A stretch of DNA of 63,161 nucleotides, filler included. It is 5 parts of 5 records of this genome, joined end to end, with 100 filler letters (N's around TTAATTAATTAA, not from the genome) between each part and the next. Parts side by side here need not be neighbours in the genome. Positions count along the whole stretch, not along the records: positions 57,946 to 63,161 come from SRR31156797_11314; 4 more parts are not named here. The stretch is one strand, 5' to 3'. This document shows, piece by piece, positions 62,813-63,161 of this stretch (position 1 is its first letter; every line of letters starts with the position of its first letter). Position numbers and translations under genes: made by a program. Below the pieces are notes generated by a model. That model was not told the DNA's origin. It ran no database searches and worked only from the letters and a program-made list of their open reading frames with translations.

Positions 62813-63161
62813 CTATTGGTGTGTATGATTACAACAAATCTCTTTTTTACCTAAAGCTGACAATAGTTCAACTTCACAAAGATGTTCATCATTTATATTT
62901 TTATTTTGCTCTGTATCTTTTAAGTGATGATAAACCAAACTTTTATTTACATGTGCAACATTTTTTGCATAATTTAAAAGAACTGAAATATCATGGCTTA
63001 CAACTACAATTGCAATTGATTCATTAAGCTTTTTAAGTAGCTCATAAATCTCTTGTTGACCTTTTACATCAATACTTGCAGTTGGCTCATCTAAAAGCAT
63101 AATTTTAGGATTTGTACAAAGTGCCCTTGCTATAAAAACTCTTTGTCTTTGTCCTCCACTT
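62813..63161 (-). CDS. Zn/Mn ABC transporter ATP-binding protein (ZnuC-like, 5' truncated)
   Basis: SGGQRQRVFIARAL, LLDEPT, VSHD; Cys/His-rich tail CCNHTHQ. Confidence 0.88.
   Translation of the reverse strand, partial: SGGQRQRVFIARALCTNPKIMLLDEPTASIDVKGQQEIYELLKKLNESIAIVVVSHDISVLLNYAKNVAHVNKSLVYHHLKDTEQNKNINDEHLCEVELLSALGKKEICCNHTHQ

Overview
This window is not one locus. It is five contigs joined by identical 100-nt spacers (44 N + TTAATTAATTAA + 44 N at 20391-20490, 42509-42608, 52564-52663, 57846-57945), from at least three lineages. (1) 1-20390, Bacteroidota: buk, a serine hydrolase, a CNG-like K+ channel paired with an atypical class III nucleotidyl cyclase, a TetR-controlled TolC/HlyD/ABC efflux operon, a FtsX/MacB-like permease, serC-serA-DUF1015 and partial gcvT. 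(2) 20491-42508, Vibrio core region: hemN, hemYXDC, cyaA, cyaY, lptM-lysA-dapF-yigA-xerC-yigB, cdpA-like, DTW, EVE, Cof, pldB, cdgJ-like. (3) 42609-52563, Arcobacter-like: a type I R-M operon (wHTH-ending ORF with a 10-bp tandem repeat, hsdS, an FRG-domain gene, hsdR), housekeeping genes and partial nuoA. (4) 52664-57845, Bacteroidota sugar cluster (GH-A hydrolase, GNAT, FrlD-like kinase, GPH transporter). (5) 57946-63161, Arcobacter-like: UvrD, msrPQ, tpx, CvfB, znuBC and an unannotated sRNA candidate. Best leads: the channel + cyclase pair, the FRG gene embedded between hsdS and hsdR, and the sRNA at about 58747-58864. All calls come from motif recognition by eye; no database searches were run.
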